A stretch of DNA of 38,292 nucleotides from Candidatus Undinarchaeota archaeon (GTDB taxonomy: Archaea > SpSt-1190), in assembly GCA_964549355.1 (NCBI GenBank), contig CAZJUS010000003.1, positions 1-38,292 on the forward strand. The letters run 5' to 3'. The notes beneath the pieces were generated by a model, which had not been told where the DNA came from, did not search any database, and worked only from the letters and a program-made list of their open reading frames with translations. Below are positions 34,266-38,292 of this stretch, in pieces. Numbering within the stretch: the stretch's first letter is position 1; the number at the start of each line of letters is the position of its first letter. Made by a program: the position numbers and the translations under genes.

Positions 34266-37009
34266 AAATATCAAAAGCTATTGCTGTGGTTTTGGCTGCG
34301 CTGGTGATGATGCCCGTGCTGGCTGCCGACTGGGGCGACTGGGAGTGGGACTGCAACTATGGAGACTATGAAGATTCTTCCAATTTTCTGATTTATGTCA
34401 ATGCAACTAAATATTATTCAGGGGCCCAGTTTCTTGAACTCACGGTGAAGCCCAAAATCGACAACGCAGAGTTTTTGATGAATTATTCAGAGATCAGGAT
34501 TTCCGAAAACAGCCAGCCGCTCATACCTGCTTTTGATTTTCCAAGCGACCTTTTCCTTTCCAGGAGCTACAAAAATGGGAGTTTTTTTGTTCCGTATATC
34601 CCCTCACTGGGTGAAGAAAAATTTGAACTCATGCTCGCTGCCAACCTCTCTGTCGGCGAGGCCAGCGAGCTGCGGTGCACTACCAAGGCTTGGATTCCTC
34701 TGCCGGAAATTTCAGACCCCCTGCCGAGAATGGATGAAGATGCGTTTATGCTGAATGTTTTTTTTGAACCTGCAACCCGCCGTTTTAATTTTACGGTCCG
34801 GGCGGCATGTCCGGAGCCCGATGAGCAGGGAGTCTGCGGCGATGAAATTTTAATGTATCTGGCGGTTGTCGACACGCAGACCAACAAAGTGGCTGAGGTG
34901 CGGACGGTCTCTTTGGACCGCCCAATCACTGCTTCCAGTGAAGTCAGGCATGCCGATTATGCAAGCAGTCTCCAATATGACAGTTTTGAAGTTGCGAACG
35001 GCAGGTACAAGACCTATGTTTTTGCGTTTGATATGGTGAACGACCAAGCTGCTGCTGTTTATCTCAAGGAAACACCGATTTTTGATTTCAAGGATTTTGA
35101 ATTGATAGTCGGCACCCTCCCAAACATCGTTCCCGGTGAATCCGGAGAGCTTCATTTGACGCTGAGAAATGTGGGGACCCAGGTGGACAAATACGCCCAC
35201 AGTGAATATGTTATGGACGGGTTGCGGGGCTTCACAATTGCCGGCTTCAAGAATCTTGAAAAGGGGGAGACTGCAGACATCATCATCAAATTTGAAGTCT
35301 CGGAGTATGAAGTCGGCAGCAAGACTATTGTTTTGAATATCCGCTCGCTGGGTTCCGGGCTTTCAAAAAATTACACCATAGTCCTGACTCCGGAGAAGAG
35401 GATCGACATGGTTCCCACTGTAACCGCCCCCATGAGCCTCACAGCATATGACACCAACCCCATAAACATCACTTTTCTTTTTGAGTCAACAATCCAGCCA
35501 AGAGTATTCTGGACTGTTTTCACAGACCCTGCTCTTGTAATTTCGAAGGGGTTCGGGTACAAAGACCTGCTGACGGGAAGCACAATCAACAAGGTGCAGT
35601 CTTCATTTGACTTGGGCGGTTCGTGCGCTTTGGGGATGGCCGATACTGAAGCTTTCAACGCCGGACGGAAAGTTTTGATTTACTCGCTTGCAGCATATGA
35701 CATAAGCTCCGGGATGGACAATGAATCTGTGGGTGAGCTGGAAGGCCTGCTGACACTTATTGACAATGAAAAGCTGTCCATGGCCACCACTGCCAGCAGC
35801 AAATTATTTTCCAGGACGGAAAGGCTTGTCGGGATAATTGAAAATATCATCGATGCATACAAGTATGGAGCCAGTGATTCACGGCAACATGCTCTCAGAG
35901 AGGACCTTTATTTATTCACAGTTGATTTTGAAAATGAGCTCCGGCTGGTTGGAGAGCGGATGTCAGAGGAATGCACTGCAGTTGACAATGTGAATTTTTA
36001 CCTTTATGTTTTTTCAGGAGATACTCTGCAGGAGTGGATTAAATCCCGGCAACTCAATATTGAAGGTTCGACTGTTATTGAATTGATTGGTCCGAAGCAG
36101 GTCAAAGCAATTTCAGGGGATTCTGTTTCAGTGGACTACATTGTCAAGAATCTGGCAGGCGAAGATTTTGAGGTTGACGTGGAGCCCACTTCGGATATAG
36201 TTTATGTGACACCATATTTCTCGCTTAAAGCGGGAGAGTCAAAAACCATTTCGTTGCGGTTCCGGCCCCCCGATTATTACGAAACCGATGACGAAAAAAT
36301 ATTCGTGAAGATATCCACCAGGGACCATGAGATCAGCTTTCCAATTCTGCTCAGCGTTGGAGAATTCGACCCCCGGCTTCAGGTTGAAGATGTTTCTGTG
36401 ATTCCTGGAACTGAAGCGTTTGCAGTTTTTGCGGTCAGCACCGGCGGACTGGATGACAATTTCGAGATAACTTCCGACTGCCCGGCGTGGGTGGAATTTC
36501 CGGATTCAGTTTCAACTCAAGAGGGTTTCGGAAATTTTACGGTTGCAGTTGCGCCTGCCGGAAATCTGAAAGAAGGCACATATTCGTGCGAATTCAGGCT
36601 TGTCCCAAAGAGCTTTCCGGATTACACCATTCGAAAAGACTTTGTTGTTTCGGTCAGTGCGGAGGCTCTGACGCTGAGAGAAAGGTCCGCCGGCTATTGG
36701 GATTGGTATATGGAAGTCAAGGATTCAATTGAAAGGGCGGACCAAATAACGATCGAGAACAATTTCGACAAAGCCAATCGGTATATCAATCAGGGAGAAT
36801 ATACTTCTGCAAAATTGGCTTTGAACAAAATTGAAACTTCGCTTTCCAATGTGAAGCAGGAAGAACGCCGTATTTCCCCTTTGGTTTTTGTTGCAGTCGG
36901 CTCAGTCCTGGTCATCGGCTTTATTTTATGGAAATTTGTTTTGGTCAAGAAGCCTAAAACCGGGCAGTCAGAGAAAGCTGTGGGTGCTGGTGGTGAAGAT
37001 CTGATATGA
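34262..37009 (+). CDS. Large secreted, C-terminally anchored surface protein with probable Ig-like (NEW3/CARDB-like) repeats
   Basis: Signal peptide, acidic beta-rich segments (LTLRNVGTQVDKY, LEKGET, YIVKNL, LKAGESKTI), several N-x-S/T sequons, and a TM helix plus basic tail. Confidence 0.75.
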   Translation: MKISKAIAVVLAALVMMPVLAADWGDWEWDCNYGDYEDSSNFLIYVNATKYYSGAQFLELTVKPKIDNAEFLMNYSEIRISENSQPLIPAFDFPSDLFLSRSYKNGSFFVPYIPSLGEEKFELMLAANLSVGEASELRCTTKAWIPLPEISDPLPRMDEDAFMLNVFFEPATRRFNFTVRAACPEPDEQGVCGDEILMYLAVVDTQTNKVAEVRTVSLDRPITASSEVRHADYASSLQYDSFEVANGRYKTYVFAFDMVNDQAAAVYLKETPIFDFKDFELIVGTLPNIVPGESGELHLTLRNVGTQVDKYAHSEYVMDGLRGFTIAGFKNLEKGETADIIIKFEVSEYEVGSKTIVLNIRSLGSGLSKNYTIVLTPEKRIDMVPTVTAPMSLTAYDTNPINITFLFESTIQPRVFWTVFTDPALVISKGFGYKDLLTGSTINKVQSSFDLGGSCALGMADTEAFNAGRKVLIYSLAAYDISSGMDNESVGELEGLLTLIDNEKLSMATTASSKLFSRTERLVGIIENIIDAYKYGASDSRQHALREDLYLFTVDFENELRLVGERMSEECTAVDNVNFYLYVFSGDTLQEWIKSRQLNIEGSTVIELIGPKQVKAISGDSVSVDYIVKNLAGEDFEVDVEPTSDIVYVTPYFSLKAGESKTISLRFRPPDYYETDDEKIFVKISTRDHEISFPILLSVGEFDPRLQVEDVSVIPGTEAFAVFAVSTGGLDDNFEITSDCPAWVEFPDSVSTQEGFGNFTVAVAPAGNLKEGTYSCEFRLVPKSFPDYTIRKDFVVSVSAEALTLRERSAGYWDWYMEVKDSIERADQITIENNFDKANRYINQGEYTSAKLALNKIETSLSNVKQEERRISPLVFVAVGSVLVIGFILWKFVLVKKPKTGQSEKAVGAGGEDLI

Positions 37010-38046
37010 ACGATTTGAAATCTGCAGTCGGACGCGTATCCAAAAGCATAGCAGCCCTTGAATTAAAACGCCAAAGAATTTCCAATGCAATAAAATCTGC
37101 AGGGAACAATAAATTCCATATTGGCGGAAAAACCCAGGAAAATATAGTGAATGATGTGCGCCCGGAACCAGTCAACGGGAAATTTGCAGGAGTTGATGGA
37201 GGGCTTCTTATGAAAGGGTTCCACGGCATTGATTTGGTGGTCACGCGCGCATCAGGAGTCATATTTGAATATGAGGACAACCTGCTGAAAAACTCAAACC
37301 ACATCAATACGCCACCTTTGGTGTTTGAGGTCGAGAGCGGCGCTCCAAGTGATTTGGCTCTTATTGCAAGCCTGCGCCGTACAGAGGCGGAGCTTTCAAT
37401 TTCCCACAGAATTCTTGAAGAATCGCCCGGCTTTTTGTTTATTGACGGCTCCATATGTCCGCACCCGAGTTTAAGGCCTGCAAAGACCTGCTACCGGAAA
37501 GATTATCGGAAGATAATCAGGATGTATGATGAGCTTATCAGGAAGGGAAAGGGTCAGGGCACAATGATTGTTGGAATTGTTGAGGACAGCAGAAGCACAT
37601 ACTTTTCAAATCTTCTTCAGACGGTCATCCTCCCGGGCCTTTCTCCCGAAACGCGCCAGCAGTTTTCAAAGCATCTGACTTTCAGGGACACTGCCCTGCT
37701 TTATGACGCCCTCGCACCCAGACAAAAAACATTCACTTTTAAAATGGATGCAGTCCCCGATGTGAGATACGGCAAAGAAACTTATGCATTCTATTTGAAA
37801 ACTGCCAAGTATGACCGGCCGGTTCGCGTCGAATTTGTTTCAGGCAATCCGCAGGACGATGGCGTGAGAATTGCCAGATCGGTCGTCGGCCTCTCTGCCT
37901 TTTCAGACTACGGAATTCCGTCCGTGATAATTGAGGCAGATGCAAGGGCCAAACTGACAGGCTACTATATGGAGTATATAGAACGGCTGCTGGGCAAAAC
38001 AACACCTTTGATGATGAAGCTTCGAAGAGAAGGCAGACCAATTTAA
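37006..38046 (+). CDS. nurA: DNA double-strand-break repair nuclease NurA
   Basis: AGVDGG, IDGS, VGIVEDS, PVRVEF, YGIPSVIIEADARAK. Confidence 0.9.
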   Translation: MNDLKSAVGRVSKSIAALELKRQRISNAIKSAGNNKFHIGGKTQENIVNDVRPEPVNGKFAGVDGGLLMKGFHGIDLVVTRASGVIFEYEDNLLKNSNHINTPPLVFEVESGAPSDLALIASLRRTEAELSISHRILEESPGFLFIDGSICPHPSLRPAKTCYRKDYRKIIRMYDELIRKGKGQGTMIVGIVEDSRSTYFSNLLQTVILPGLSPETRQQFSKHLTFRDTALLYDALAPRQKTFTFKMDAVPDVRYGKETYAFYLKTAKYDRPVRVEFVSGNPQDDGVRIARSVVGLSAFSDYGIPSVIIEADARAKLTGYYMEYIERLLGKTTPLMMKLRREGRPI

Positions 38047-38067
38047 ACAGACAGGAGATGGCAAAAT

Positions 38068-38292
38068 ATGACTGTGGGAAAAGTGATATCGACGCAGGAC
38101 AGTCCCAGTCCGACATTTTTTGCATTTGCAATTGCAAAAGGCGGCAAAGTCCACAAAGACCAGTTTGTCCAGGTAAAAACTGAAGAAGGCACCCTCTTTG
38201 CAATCGTGGACAATGTTATCAAGACCAACAGATATTATGCGAGGCCTGAAACTGTGGTTGATGCCGAAAATCTGGAAGGCCTGTTCCCTGTT
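38068..38292 (+). CDS. herA: Probable HerA helicase, N-terminal HAS-barrel (truncated by window end)
   Basis: Open frame to the window edge: MTVGKVISTQDSPSPTFFAF...DQFVQV...KTNRYY. Follows nurA directly, with AGGAG SD. Confidence 0.75.
   Translation, partial: MTVGKVISTQDSPSPTFFAFAIAKGGKVHKDQFVQVKTEEGTLFAIVDNVIKTNRYYARPETVVDAENLEGLFPV

Noticed and set aside
33276..34274. 332-aa minus-strand ORF, and a possible intein in rfcS
   Set aside because: The ORF is an antisense shadow of rfcS. RfcS has normal length with contiguous motifs.

Overview
Archaeal core-genome window. The gene set (archaeal DnaG, aIF2-beta, aIF5A, EF-1alpha, Alba, RFC, NurA/HerA, archaeal MAT, Trm10) together with compact, divergent proteins and scrambled operons suggests a DPANN-like lineage; that assignment is inference. 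It holds about 40 protein genes and four intron-less, CCA-less tRNAs on the minus strand (Ala-GGC, Phe-GAA, Arg-GCG, His-GTG). The most unusual structure is in the first 1.2 kb. Four copies of a hairpin-rich repeat, resembling GTAG/GTGG-footed REP palindromes, each abut the 5' end of a tRNA or tRNA fragment. One copy separates tRNA-Ala from a duplicate of its own 3' end (T-loop to acceptor stem). Other notable points: adenylate kinase carries a single in-frame TAA; an eS26-like ribosomal protein directly follows dnaG; four genes separate tuf from rps10; a HAD phosphatase is coupled to a divergent HPr-kinase-like P-loop protein; and hisS-trm10-glmS forms a lower-GC block. No CRISPR array, rRNA, integrase or transposase was recognised. 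All protein calls come from motif recognition by eye, without database searches.
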